DNA of 64,000 nucleotides from Desulfobacterales bacterium (lineage in GTDB: Bacteria; Desulfobacterota; Desulfobacteria; Desulfobacterales; JAAELO01): the NCBI GenBank assembly GCA_024226555.1, contig JAAELO010000508.1:43279-107278 (forward strand). The letters run 5' to 3'. Both the position numbers and the translations under genes were made by a program. Under the pieces are notes generated by a model that had not been told where the DNA came from, ran no database searches, and saw nothing but the letters and a program-made list of their open reading frames with translations. Shown here one piece after another: positions 51,569 to 60,309 of this stretch (position 1 is the stretch's first letter; the number at the start of each line of letters is the position of its first letter).

Positions 51569-52990
51569 TTGCTAAAAAAAGAGTTCAATAAAGTCCCTGG
51601 CGATGTAAAAACAATACATCTGATTGCTGTTTGTGGAACTGGTATGGGAGCGCTTGCCTGTATGTTAAAAGATCTGGGATATGAAATAACGGGCTCAGAC
51701 CATGCAGTGTATCCACCCATGAGTGATTTTCTTAGAAATAAGGGTGTTATCATTAATGAAGGTTTCAATGAAGAAAACCTTAACTATAAACCAGATCTTG
51801 TAATTGTTGGGAATGCTATCAGTTCTGATAATTCTGAAGTCGCAGCTATTCTAAAAAAAAGTCTATACTACTGTTCAATGCCCCAGGCTCTTAATTTCCT
51901 GGCTTCCAAAAACAAAAAACAACTTTTAATTACAGGAACCCACGGAAAAACAACCACTTCATCTTTACTCTCATACATACTGTTCAAAGCCGGACTGGAG
52001 CCATCTTTCATGATAGGTGGTATTTTAAAAAATTTTGACAGCAACTACAGAATTGGCAGTGGAGATTATATAGTTATTGAAGGAGATGAATACGATACAG
52101 CCTTTTTTGATAAAGGTGCTAAGTTTTTCCATTATAATCCTTCAATAGCAGTTCTTGGAAATATTGAGTTTGATCATGCTGATATATTTACTGACCTTAA
52201 CCATGTTAAAAATACTTTTAAAAGATTTGCTGATGGAATGGATGTAAATAGTTCTCTTTATACTTTCGATACAGATCAGAATATAAAAGATGTAACAGTT
52301 GATACTAATTGTAAAATAGTAAACTATGGAAAGAGAACTGAATCAGACTGGTCACTTGGAAAGTTCTATCCAAATCCACCATATAATAATTTTGAAGTGT
52401 ATAAAAAGGGAGAACTTTTTAGTAATTTTGAAACACGATTAACAGGTGAGCATAATCTTTTAAATGCACTTTCTGTTATAGCAATTGCAGACTCTCTAAA
52501 TATCCAGAAAGATATTATAAAATCAGCCCTTAAGTCTTTTGAGAGTGTCAAAAGAAGGCAGGAGATAAGAGGGGTTAAAAAAGGAATTACAGTGATGGAT
52601 GATTTTGCACATCATCCAACAGCAGTTAGAGAAACTGTCAAAGCTTTGAAACCATTTTATTCAGGAAAAATAATAGCAGTATTTGAACCCAGAACAAATT
52701 CAAGTATGCGTGATATTTTTCAGAATATCTATCCCTCTTCATTTGATGATGCAGACCTCATTTTTATAAGAGAGCCGTCAATGATTAAGAAAGTTTCTGA
52801 ATCAGAGAGATTTAGTTCAAAGAAACTCGTATCTGATTTAAATTCAAAAGGGAAAGAAGCTTACTACTATAACGAAACTGAATCCATAATGGAACATATT
52901 GCTAAAATTGCTGAAAAAAACGATCTGGTCTTAATTATGTCAAATGGTGGTTTTGATAACATCCACGAAAGGTTACTGGACATACTATAA
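51569..52990 (+). CDS. mpl: UDP-N-acetylmuramate:L-alanyl-gamma-D-glutamyl-meso-DAP ligase (murein peptide ligase)
   Basis: IHLIAVCGTGMGALACMLKDLGYEITGSDHAVYPPMS parallels E. coli Mpl. GTHGKTTT P-loop. TTG start as called in the track. Confidence 0.85.
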   Translation: MLKKEFNKVPGDVKTIHLIAVCGTGMGALACMLKDLGYEITGSDHAVYPPMSDFLRNKGVIINEGFNEENLNYKPDLVIVGNAISSDNSEVAAILKKSLYYCSMPQALNFLASKNKKQLLITGTHGKTTTSSLLSYILFKAGLEPSFMIGGILKNFDSNYRIGSGDYIVIEGDEYDTAFFDKGAKFFHYNPSIAVLGNIEFDHADIFTDLNHVKNTFKRFADGMDVNSSLYTFDTDQNIKDVTVDTNCKIVNYGKRTESDWSLGKFYPNPPYNNFEVYKKGELFSNFETRLTGEHNLLNALSVIAIADSLNIQKDIIKSALKSFESVKRRQEIRGVKKGITVMDDFAHHPTAVRETVKALKPFYSGKIIAVFEPRTNSSMRDIFQNIYPSSFDDADLIFIREPSMIKKVSESERFSSKKLVSDLNSKGKEAYYYNETESIMEHIAKIAEKNDLVLIMSNGGFDNIHERLLDIL

Positions 52991-53655
52991 TGAAAAACAA
53001 CGATTTTATGAAAATAGAGGATGAGTTTCTGAAACCCCCTGGCATTCTTGGCAGTGATGAATTTATGAAGGCATCAGTTCTTATCACCTTAGTATTAAAA
53101 GACGATGAGTATTTTTTTCTTTTTGAGAAGAGAAATGATGAGATCAGGCAGGGAGGTGAGATCTGTTTTCCAGGTGGACTTTTTGATGATAAAAAAGATT
53201 CTTCTTCTGAAGAAACAGCAATCAGGGAGACTATTGAAGAGTTAGGTGTAACTAAAGACCAAATCGATATCAAAGGTCGATTAGATACACTTATAGCCCC
53301 CCAGGCAGGAATTGTTATCGAGTCTTTCATTGGAATTTTGAAAATAAATAGTTTAGATGAGTTAACACTCTCAAAAGATGAAGTTTCAGAGGTATTTCTA
53401 TTACCTGTTTCATACTTTGAGAATAATGAGCCTATAATCCATAAAGTAAGATTGGTAGCAGAACCTTACTATTATGATAAAAATGGAGTAAAAAAAGTAC
53501 TTCTTCCATCTGAAGAACTCAATCTCCCCGAAAGATACCATAAGCCATGGGGCAAAAAGCTTATAAATGTATACTTCTATGATTCAAAACCTGAATTGAT
53601 ATGGGGTTTTACTGCAAAATTAATTATCGCTTTCATTGAGAAGCTTGCGAATTAA
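52990..53655 (+). CDS. NUDIX hydrolase, CoA pyrophosphatase-like
   Basis: Nudix box GGEICFPGGLFDDKKDSSSEETAIRETIEELG. Confidence 0.72.
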   Translation: MKNNDFMKIEDEFLKPPGILGSDEFMKASVLITLVLKDDEYFFLFEKRNDEIRQGGEICFPGGLFDDKKDSSSEETAIRETIEELGVTKDQIDIKGRLDTLIAPQAGIVIESFIGILKINSLDELTLSKDEVSEVFLLPVSYFENNEPIIHKVRLVAEPYYYDKNGVKKVLLPSEELNLPERYHKPWGKKLINVYFYDSKPELIWGFTAKLIIAFIEKLAN

Positions 53656-53669
53656 AAAGTGAATTGGTC

Positions 53670-54146
53670 ATGAATGAAAAATCAAAAATAGTTATAGGTA
53701 TAATCTCGGATACACATGGAACCCTTTCAAAACACGCAATAGATGCTTTAAAAGGTGCAGATTTCATTTTGAATGCTGGTGATAGCGAGAAAATTGAGAT
53801 AATAGAAAGGCTTTCAGACATTGCTCCTGTTACATCAGTAAGAGGAAATATGGACTATCAAAAATGGGCTGAATCTATTAATAAAACTGAAACGATAACC
53901 ATTGGTGAGAAAACTTTCCACATACTCCATAATTTAAATGATCTTGAGCTTGATCCAGAAATAGAAGGTATTGATGTTATTATAAGTGGTCATACCCATT
54001 GCCCTGAGATCCATGAAAAAAACAACGTATTCTATCTTAACCCAGGCAGTGCGAGTAAAAAAAGGTATCACTACCCTCATTCTGTGGCAAAAATTGTAAT
54101 AGGTAATAAATCAACAATAGAAATTATTCCAATAGATGACCCTTAA
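53670..54146 (+). CDS. YfcE/MJ0936 family metallophosphoesterase
   Basis: IISDTHG, NAGDS, GNMD, SGHTH motifs. ATG at 53670 preferred over TTG at 53664. Confidence 0.78.
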   Translation: MNEKSKIVIGIISDTHGTLSKHAIDALKGADFILNAGDSEKIEIIERLSDIAPVTSVRGNMDYQKWAESINKTETITIGEKTFHILHNLNDLELDPEIEGIDVIISGHTHCPEIHEKNNVFYLNPGSASKKRYHYPHSVAKIVIGNKSTIEIIPIDDP

Positions 54147-54170
54147 TTTCAATTAATTAACATACCCTTT

Positions 54171-54325
54171 AGGAACCTCTAATAATTGCTCTTTTTTCGA
54201 AATACTTCGTTATAACCAAAAAAACTGTTGTATTTTATAAATTAAAGCTTTTTATAAACGAATCCTCTCGTTATTTTTTGTTATTACTTGAATTTCATCA
54301 AAAATTTCTAATTATTAAAGGTTCC
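54171..54325 (+). mobile_element. MITE-like element copy (about 155 bp)
   Basis: AGGAACCTCTAATAATTGCTCTTTTTTCGAAA ... CTAATTATTAAAGGTTCC. Flanks are TTTA / TTTT, so the exact boundary is ambiguous by 1 nt. Confidence 0.8.
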
Positions 54326-54443
54326 TTTTATTGACTTTAAAAAATGTTTTAATTAACATTAAAATAAATTTTTCAGGTATAAATATAAATAGGAATCTCA
54401 ACCGAAACTCACAAGCCGGAACTGCCCCTTTACGAGGATATAG

Positions 54444-55478
54444 ATGAGCGAATTAAGCGATTGCAAAATATTGATAGTTGATGACACCAAGACAAATATA
54501 GATGTGCTTGTACAAACTTTGAAAAAAGAATACAAACTTGGGGTCGCTTTGAATGGTAAAAAGGCTATTGAATATGTACAGCAAAATCAGGTTGACCTCA
54601 TCCTTCTTGATATCTTAATGCCAGGCATGGACGGATTTGAAACATGTCAGATTTTAAAAGAAGATGAAGATACAAAAAACATTCCGGTTATTTTCATAAC
54701 AGCGATGGATGACCCAACTCACAAGACCAAAGCATTTGAAGGAGGTGCTGTTGATTATATCACAAAACCTTTTGATATCAGAGAGGTTGGGGCCAGGGTC
54801 TATACACATCTCAAACTGAAAGTATCCCAGGAGGCTCTCAAAAATCAAAACACTATTCTTGAGGAGAAAGTTAAAGCAAGGACAAGAGAACTTGAAGAGA
54901 CCCAGGTGGAAATTATTAACCGTCTTGGTATGGCTTCAGAATACAGAGATGAGGAAACAGGAAAACATATAAAGAGAATGAGTGAATATTGCAGATCTTT
55001 AGGAAAATCTATTGGCTTGCCCATTAATGAATATGACAACCTTGCTCTGGCAAGTACCATGCACGATGCAGGCAAAATTGGTATCCCGGATGATATTCTC
55101 TTAAAAGAGGGTAAACTAAGTGATAACGAATGGAAAATAATGAAACGTCATACCTCAATTGGACAAAAATTGCTTTCCGGTGGTAAATCCAAACTAATGC
55201 AAACAGCTGAACAAATTGCAAAATACCATCACGAGAAGTGGGATGGAACTGGTTACAATGGATTAAGGGGTGAAGAAATTCCTATGTCTGGAAGAATAGC
55301 TTGCATTTGCGATGTTTTTGATGCTCTTATTTCAAAAAGACCATATAAAGATCAATGGTCAATAAATGAAGCCCTTAAAGAGATCGAAGATGGTAAAGGC
55401 TCTTTTTTCGATCCTTATCTTGTTGATAAATTCCTGACTCTGGAGAAAGAACTTAGAGATATTATAAAGCAATGGTAA
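54444..55478 (+). CDS. response regulator with an HD-GYP domain (c-di-GMP phosphodiesterase, RpfG family)
   Basis: Receiver ILIVDDT..LILLDILMPGMDG..ITKPF. HD-GYP region: MHDAGKIGIPD, HHEKWDGTGYNG. Confidence 0.85.
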   Translation: MSELSDCKILIVDDTKTNIDVLVQTLKKEYKLGVALNGKKAIEYVQQNQVDLILLDILMPGMDGFETCQILKEDEDTKNIPVIFITAMDDPTHKTKAFEGGAVDYITKPFDIREVGARVYTHLKLKVSQEALKNQNTILEEKVKARTRELEETQVEIINRLGMASEYRDEETGKHIKRMSEYCRSLGKSIGLPINEYDNLALASTMHDAGKIGIPDDILLKEGKLSDNEWKIMKRHTSIGQKLLSGGKSKLMQTAEQIAKYHHEKWDGTGYNGLRGEEIPMSGRIACICDVFDALISKRPYKDQWSINEALKEIEDGKGSFFDPYLVDKFLTLEKELRDIIKQW

Positions 55479-55501
55479 AACCCCTTATAAAACATATTAT
55501 T

Positions 55502-55739
55502 AGCAACCTCTAAAAGTTTTGTTTGTTTTGATCGAACTACAGTGGTTTCCGCTAATCAACTTGCAATGCTGTGAATGCTTCGCATTATACTGGTTTGTTC
55601 ACAAAACAATAACGTTTATAAAATAAAGCATTTTTATAAACGAATCTGCTTGTTACTGTTTTCTCACCCAAAGATTTTATAAAACTAAAAACTTTTATAA
55701 TCTGTATTTCAAACTAAATTATAGCAATGAGAGGTTCCC
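55502..55739 (+). mobile_element. MITE-like element, long form (238 bp) with an extra ~80-nt module
   Basis: AGCAACCTCTAAAAG ... AATGAGAGGTTCCC. Contains the gaactacagtg..gcaatgctgtgaatgcttcgcattatactg module and two AT palindrome modules. It ends 4 nt from the stop codon of the GGDEF gene. Confidence 0.75.
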
Positions 55740-55743
55740 TGTA

Positions 55744-56766
55744 TCAAACTGAAAAAACACCATCTTTATTAGCTCTTTTAATTTTGTACATATGTTCATC
55801 AGCAAGAATTAAAATATCATTTTTTGTTTTAGCATCTTCAGGGAAGGATGCAGTTCCAAAACTTGCTGTAATTTTAACATTTTTCCCCTCATCTTTTAGG
55901 AATTCAGCCTCACGAAGATTCATAATTATTTTTTCAATATAATTTAAAGATTCTTTTTTATTTTTCCCTTTCATAATGATCACATATTCATCACCACCAT
56001 ATTTAATCAATGTATCTGATGTGGAAAGACATTCATTGATATTACTTCCAACTTCACATAGAATTTTTGAACCCAGAAGGTGCCCGCATCTGTCAACAAC
56101 CTCCTTAAAGTTATCAATGTCGACAAACACCACCGAAAAAACAGTATCATTTTCAGCATCTTTAATATATTCATCCAATAAAATATGAAGATATCTTGAA
56201 TTGTAGAGACCTGTATACTCTTCTGTAATACTTAATCTGTTTATACTGTCAAATATTTTTGCATTATTAATTGCAATGGCGACATAATCGGCCATTATTG
56301 AAACAATAGGATGGTTTTTTTCCTCGAATATTCTATGGTCTTTGACATTAACAATCTCAAGTACACCTAAAACGGTATCATGGCTTTTCAGAGGAACACA
56401 GATTATGGATTCTGTTACAAAACCTGTAAACGAATCAACTCTGTCACTGAAATGATCGCTCTTTAAAACATCTTTCAAAAATAACGATTCACCTGTTTCC
56501 GCCACATAACTTGCTACTCCCTCACCGGGCTTCAATTTGATATTCTTGACAACATCAGCATCAACTCCAACTACTATTTCAAATTGAAGCTCACCTGTTA
56601 GTTCATCATATAATAGGAGTGACCAGTTATTTGCATCTATTAATTCACTGCCTTTTATTAAAATGTTTTCAAGAATCTCTTCTCTGCTAAATGTTGAGGT
56701 GAGCAGTTTTCCAATTTCAAGACAGGTCATTAACTCTTTTCCACCAGGAGATAAATTATTATCCAT
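55744..56766 (-). CDS. GAF domain diguanylate cyclase (GGDEF)
   Basis: N-terminal GAF domain. The catalytic region has DIDNFKEVVDRCGHLLGSKIL and YGGDEYVIIM (GGDEY variant of GGDEF). Confidence 0.85.
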   Translation of the reverse strand: MDNNLSPGGKELMTCLEIGKLLTSTFSREEILENILIKGSELIDANNWSLLLYDELTGELQFEIVVGVDADVVKNIKLKPGEGVASYVAETGESLFLKDVLKSDHFSDRVDSFTGFVTESIICVPLKSHDTVLGVLEIVNVKDHRIFEEKNHPIVSIMADYVAIAINNAKIFDSINRLSITEEYTGLYNSRYLHILLDEYIKDAENDTVFSVVFVDIDNFKEVVDRCGHLLGSKILCEVGSNINECLSTSDTLIKYGGDEYVIIMKGKNKKESLNYIEKIIMNLREAEFLKDEGKNVKITASFGTASFPEDAKTKNDILILADEHMYKIKRANKDGVFSV

Positions 56767-56820
56767 TTATTTTGTCCCTTTTATTTTTACCTGTAAATTT
56801 TATATTTTTTACAGATTAAA

Positions 56821-57061
56821 TGGAATCTCTAATAATTGCCTATAAAACAAAAGGCTTTAGTTTTGTTTGTTTTGACTGAACTACAGTGTCTTTCGTCTAT
56901 CAGCTTGTAATGCTGTGAATGCTTCGCATTACACTGAATTATTGCGAAAAAAGAACTGTAATAAAAACGGCTCGTCATTTTTTCTAATGCAGAGATTTTA
57001 TAAAACTAAAAGCTTTTATAAACGCTGTATTTCAATAAAAATTCTAATTATTAGAGGTTCC
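56821..57061 (+). mobile_element. MITE-like element, long form (241 bp) with an extra ~80-nt module
   Basis: TGGAATCTCTAATAATTGCC ... CTAATTATTAGAGGTTCC. Shares the gaactacagtg..gtaatgctgtgaatgcttcgcattacactg module with the 55502 copy. Confidence 0.8.
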
Positions 57062-57363
57062 TTAAATGTGGTTTTATTTTAAATTTAATAATAGCAAATC
57101 GTGATTTATAAAAAAAGTTTATAATTACCATTGATGAATAAAAAGGATTTCTATATTTTTTATAAACATAAAAATCCGATTTGCTCGCAAGGCATAAGGC
57201 GACTTCTAACTATTTAAATAATATCCTTTTTTATTCAAAGTTGCTTGACAATATTTATCAATTAATGTTAGGTTTCACAGTTTCAATTGGCTGGGCCTTT
57301 TGAAAAATATCCTTGCTTCTGAATATTATAATTCAGAGGCTTTAATATCCATGAGGAGGTTTT

Positions 57364-57792
57364 ATGAGAAGATATGAAACTATTTTTATAGTTGACAACG
57401 ACCTTACAGAAGAGGGTCGTAAACAACGGTTTGAGAAAGTTAAAGAATTGCTTTCACAGTATGGTGGAGCTCCAATCAAGTTTGATGAATGGGGACTAAA
57501 AAAACTTGCTTACGAAATCAACAGTAAGAACAGAGGTTATTATGTATATTTTGATTACTGTTCAGAACCTGATTTTGTAAAAGAGATGGAACGTTCTTTC
57601 AGATTAGATGATAAAGTTCTCAAGTTTATGACAGTTCTTCTAAACAGTGACACAACTCCTGAAGCTGTTCTTGCTGAAGCAGAAAAAGCTGAAGCTGAGA
57701 AGATTAAGGCTACTGAAGAGACAGCAAAGGCTGCCGAAGCTAAAACTGAAACAGCTAAAACTGAAACAGCTAAAGCTAAGGAGGAAGAATAA
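57364..57792 (+). CDS. rpsF: 30S ribosomal protein S6 with an acidic/Ala-Lys-rich C-terminal tail
   Basis: [37 protein letters not shown]. Confidence 0.95.
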   Translation: MRRYETIFIVDNDLTEEGRKQRFEKVKELLSQYGGAPIKFDEWGLKKLAYEINSKNRGYYVYFDYCSEPDFVKEMERSFRLDDKVLKFMTVLLNSDTTPEAVLAEAEKAEAEKIKATEETAKAAEAKTETAKTETAKAKEEE

Positions 57793-58040
57793 TGGCACAA
57801 CCAAAACGAGCAAAAAGAAGAGTGTTTCACCGCAGAAAAGTATGTCGTTTTTGTGCAGACACTACAATTGTAATTGACTACAAAGACCACAAAGCTCTTA
57901 AATATTTTACATCAGAACGTGGTAAAATTATACCAAGAAGAGTTACTGGAACTTGTGCAAAGCATCAGAGAATGCTTGCAAGTGCGATAAAAAGAGCAAG
58001 AACAATAGCTCTTCTTCCATACATTGGAACACTTGATTAA
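57792..58040 (+). CDS. rpsR: 30S ribosomal protein S18
   Basis: [45 protein letters not shown]. Confidence 0.95.
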   Translation: MAQPKRAKRRVFHRRKVCRFCADTTIVIDYKDHKALKYFTSERGKIIPRRVTGTCAKHQRMLASAIKRARTIALLPYIGTLD

Positions 58041-58088
58041 GAATTTATCAATTCAATTGATTCGTTGCCTTAAACGGAGGTTAGTAAG

Positions 58089-58544
58089 ATGAATATAATA
58101 TTAAAAGAAACAATCCCAACACTGGGAATTATAGGTGCAGAGGTATCTGTTGCAGATGGTTATGCAAGAAATTACCTTCTTCCTCAGGGAAAAGCTCTTG
58201 AAGCAACTGATGCAAACCGTAAAGTATTGGAACAGGCTAAAGCAAAATTTGAACTTCAAATAGCAAAAGAGAAATCCCTTGCTGAAGAACTTGCTAAAAA
58301 AGTTGAAACTATTACATGTAAAATATCAGCTAAAGTTGCTGAGGAAAACAGATTATATGGTTCTGTTACAACACACGACATCATGGAAGCTTTAAAAGAT
58401 CAGGATGTCGAGCTTGAGCGTAGAATGCTTTTACTTGCAGCTCCTATCAAAGAGATTGGTACATATAAAGTTGCTGTAAGACTTTATAAAGATGTTGAGC
58501 CACAAATTACAATTGAGGTAGTTCCTGAAGTTAAAAAAGATTAA
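58089..58544 (+). CDS. rplI: 50S ribosomal protein L9
   Basis: MNIILKETIPTLGIIGAEVSVADGYARNYLLPQGKA. Confidence 0.95.
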   Translation: MNIILKETIPTLGIIGAEVSVADGYARNYLLPQGKALEATDANRKVLEQAKAKFELQIAKEKSLAEELAKKVETITCKISAKVAEENRLYGSVTTHDIMEALKDQDVELERRMLLLAAPIKEIGTYKVAVRLYKDVEPQITIEVVPEVKKD

Positions 58545-58570
58545 GTTCTTTTTGAATATAAGCGTTAAAA

Positions 58571-58611
58571 AAGCCTGGACTTTTAGTTTTATTAGTTCAG
58601 GCTTTTTTTTT
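58571..58611 (+). terminator. rho-independent terminator after rplI
   Basis: Stem aagcctggac / gttcaggctt with one G-U pair, followed by T9. Confidence 0.75.
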
Positions 58612-58659
58612 GATCTTAACCCAAAATTGTTCTATAAGAGATAGAACATTTAAAATAAA

Positions 58660-58844
58660 GGTAATCTCTAATAAATAGATTTTTGTTGAAATACAAAGAC
58701 TATAAAGGCTTTCAGTTTTATAAATCTGCGTGAGAAAAAGTAACGAGCGGATTCCGTTTATAAAAAGTTTTAATTTATAAACATACAACAGTTTTTTTTA
58801 CGAAATACGCAGTAGTTTGATAAAAAGAGTTATTAGAGAATCCC
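58660..58844 (-). mobile_element. MITE-like element copy (185 bp), inverted orientation
   Basis: GGTAATCTCTAATAAATAGATTTTTGTTGAAATACAAAG ... GAGTTATTAGAGAATCCC. Flanked by TAAA (58656-58659) and TAAA (58845-58848). Confidence 0.85.
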
Positions 58845-58869
58845 TAAACACCAAAAATAGAGATCTTTA

Positions 58870-60264
58870 ATGTATCAAAAAAAACCCTACAATCAAAATC
58901 AGGTTAACTCTGATCCGTATTTAAATAAGTTACCACCACAAAATATCGATGCAGAGGAATCTATAATAAGTGCAATATTATTAGACAGAAATGCTCTTAT
59001 TGAGATTGTCGATCTTCTTGAACCTGAAGATTTTTACAAAAAAGCTCATCAGGAGATATTTAAAGCTGCTGTTAAGCTTTTTTCTGATAATGAGCCTGTT
59101 GACCTTGTTACTTTAGCAAACAAGATGAAAGAGTCTGGGAAGCTTGAAGAGGTTGGAGGTGCAACTTTTTTAGCACAGATAGTAGACACTGTCCCTATGG
59201 CGGTAAATGCATCTCACTATGCTAAAATTGTTAAAGATAAAGCTATTTTAAGAGTTCTTATTGAGAAATCAAGTCACATTACCGAAAAGTGTTTTGATGA
59301 CAGAGGGGATGTTGATGAAATAATTGATTTTGCAGAAACCTCAATCTTTAAAGTTTCTGAAAAAAAGACTGTTAAGGCATTTACAACCATTAAAAAGCTG
59401 GTAAATGAGAACTTTAATACCCTTGAAGAACGTCAGAACAATGATAGTCAATTTACAGGTGTTCCTACAGGTTTTTCAAAGCTGGATGAAATAACTTCAG
59501 GATTACAACCATCTGACCTTATAATATTAGCAGCAAGACCCAGTATGGGTAAAACGGCATTTGCCCTTAACATAGCAAGAAATGTTGCGGTGGACGCCAA
59601 TGTTCCAGTGGCTGTATTTTCTCTTGAGATGGCAAATGATCAACTTTCCATGCGTCTGCTGACATCTGAAGCCAGAGTAAATTCAGCTCGTTTAAAAGGA
59701 GAGGGTTTTTTAAATCCCGATGACTGGAACAGACTTACTGATTCAGCAGAAGTTCTCTCTAATGCACCCATTTTTATAGATGATTCGGGTTATATCACTG
59801 CAATGGAGATAAGAGCTAAAACCAGGCGTTTGAAAATGGAACACAATTTAGGTCTTATAATAATAGATTACCTTCAGCTAATGAAAGGTTCCAGTAGCGG
59901 GGGCGACAGGAGAGACCTTGAAATTGCAGAAATTTCAAGATCTTTAAAGATGCTGGCAAAAGAACTTCAAATCCCGGTGATAGCCCTATCACAGCTTAAC
60001 CGTATGCTTGAGCAGAGAAACAATAAAAGACCGATGCTTTCGGATTTGAGGGAATCTGGTGCTCTTGAGCAGGATGCCGATATTGTTGCTTTTATCTATA
60101 GAGATGAAGTTTACAATAAAGAGGATGAAAACAATAAAGGAACTGCCGAGATAATTCTTGCAAAACATAGAAATGGTGAAGTTGGAACCGTCCACCTAAC
60201 CTTCATGGGTCAATTCACAAGGTTTGAAGACAGAGCTTTTGGGGATTATCCTGATCAAATGTAG
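58870..60264 (+). CDS. dnaB: replicative DNA helicase
   Basis: PPQNIDAEESIISAILLD, Walker A ARPSMGKTAF, IIIDYLQLM, SQLNR, LRESGALEQDAD. Confidence 0.95.
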   Translation: MYQKKPYNQNQVNSDPYLNKLPPQNIDAEESIISAILLDRNALIEIVDLLEPEDFYKKAHQEIFKAAVKLFSDNEPVDLVTLANKMKESGKLEEVGGATFLAQIVDTVPMAVNASHYAKIVKDKAILRVLIEKSSHITEKCFDDRGDVDEIIDFAETSIFKVSEKKTVKAFTTIKKLVNENFNTLEERQNNDSQFTGVPTGFSKLDEITSGLQPSDLIILAARPSMGKTAFALNIARNVAVDANVPVAVFSLEMANDQLSMRLLTSEARVNSARLKGEGFLNPDDWNRLTDSAEVLSNAPIFIDDSGYITAMEIRAKTRRLKMEHNLGLIIIDYLQLMKGSSSGGDRRDLEIAEISRSLKMLAKELQIPVIALSQLNRMLEQRNNKRPMLSDLRESGALEQDADIVAFIYRDEVYNKEDENNKGTAEIILAKHRNGEVGTVHLTFMGQFTRFEDRAFGDYPDQM

Positions 60265-60285
60265 GGAACCTATAATTAATTCTAC
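60264..60285. repeat. solo element terminus fragment (GGGAACCTATAATTAATTC)
   Basis: Begins with the last G of the dnaB TAG stop. No matching second end lies before the hflX start. Confidence 0.45.
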
Positions 60286-60309
60286 AACCATTAGTCACAA
60301 CGGGAATTT

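Noticed and set aside
57245-57273. TTGACA at 57245-57250 as the rpsF promoter -35 box
   Set aside because: At 17-nt spacing the only -10 candidate is TTAGGT. The TATAAT at 57327-57332 has no properly spaced -35. Neither is supportable without 5' end data.
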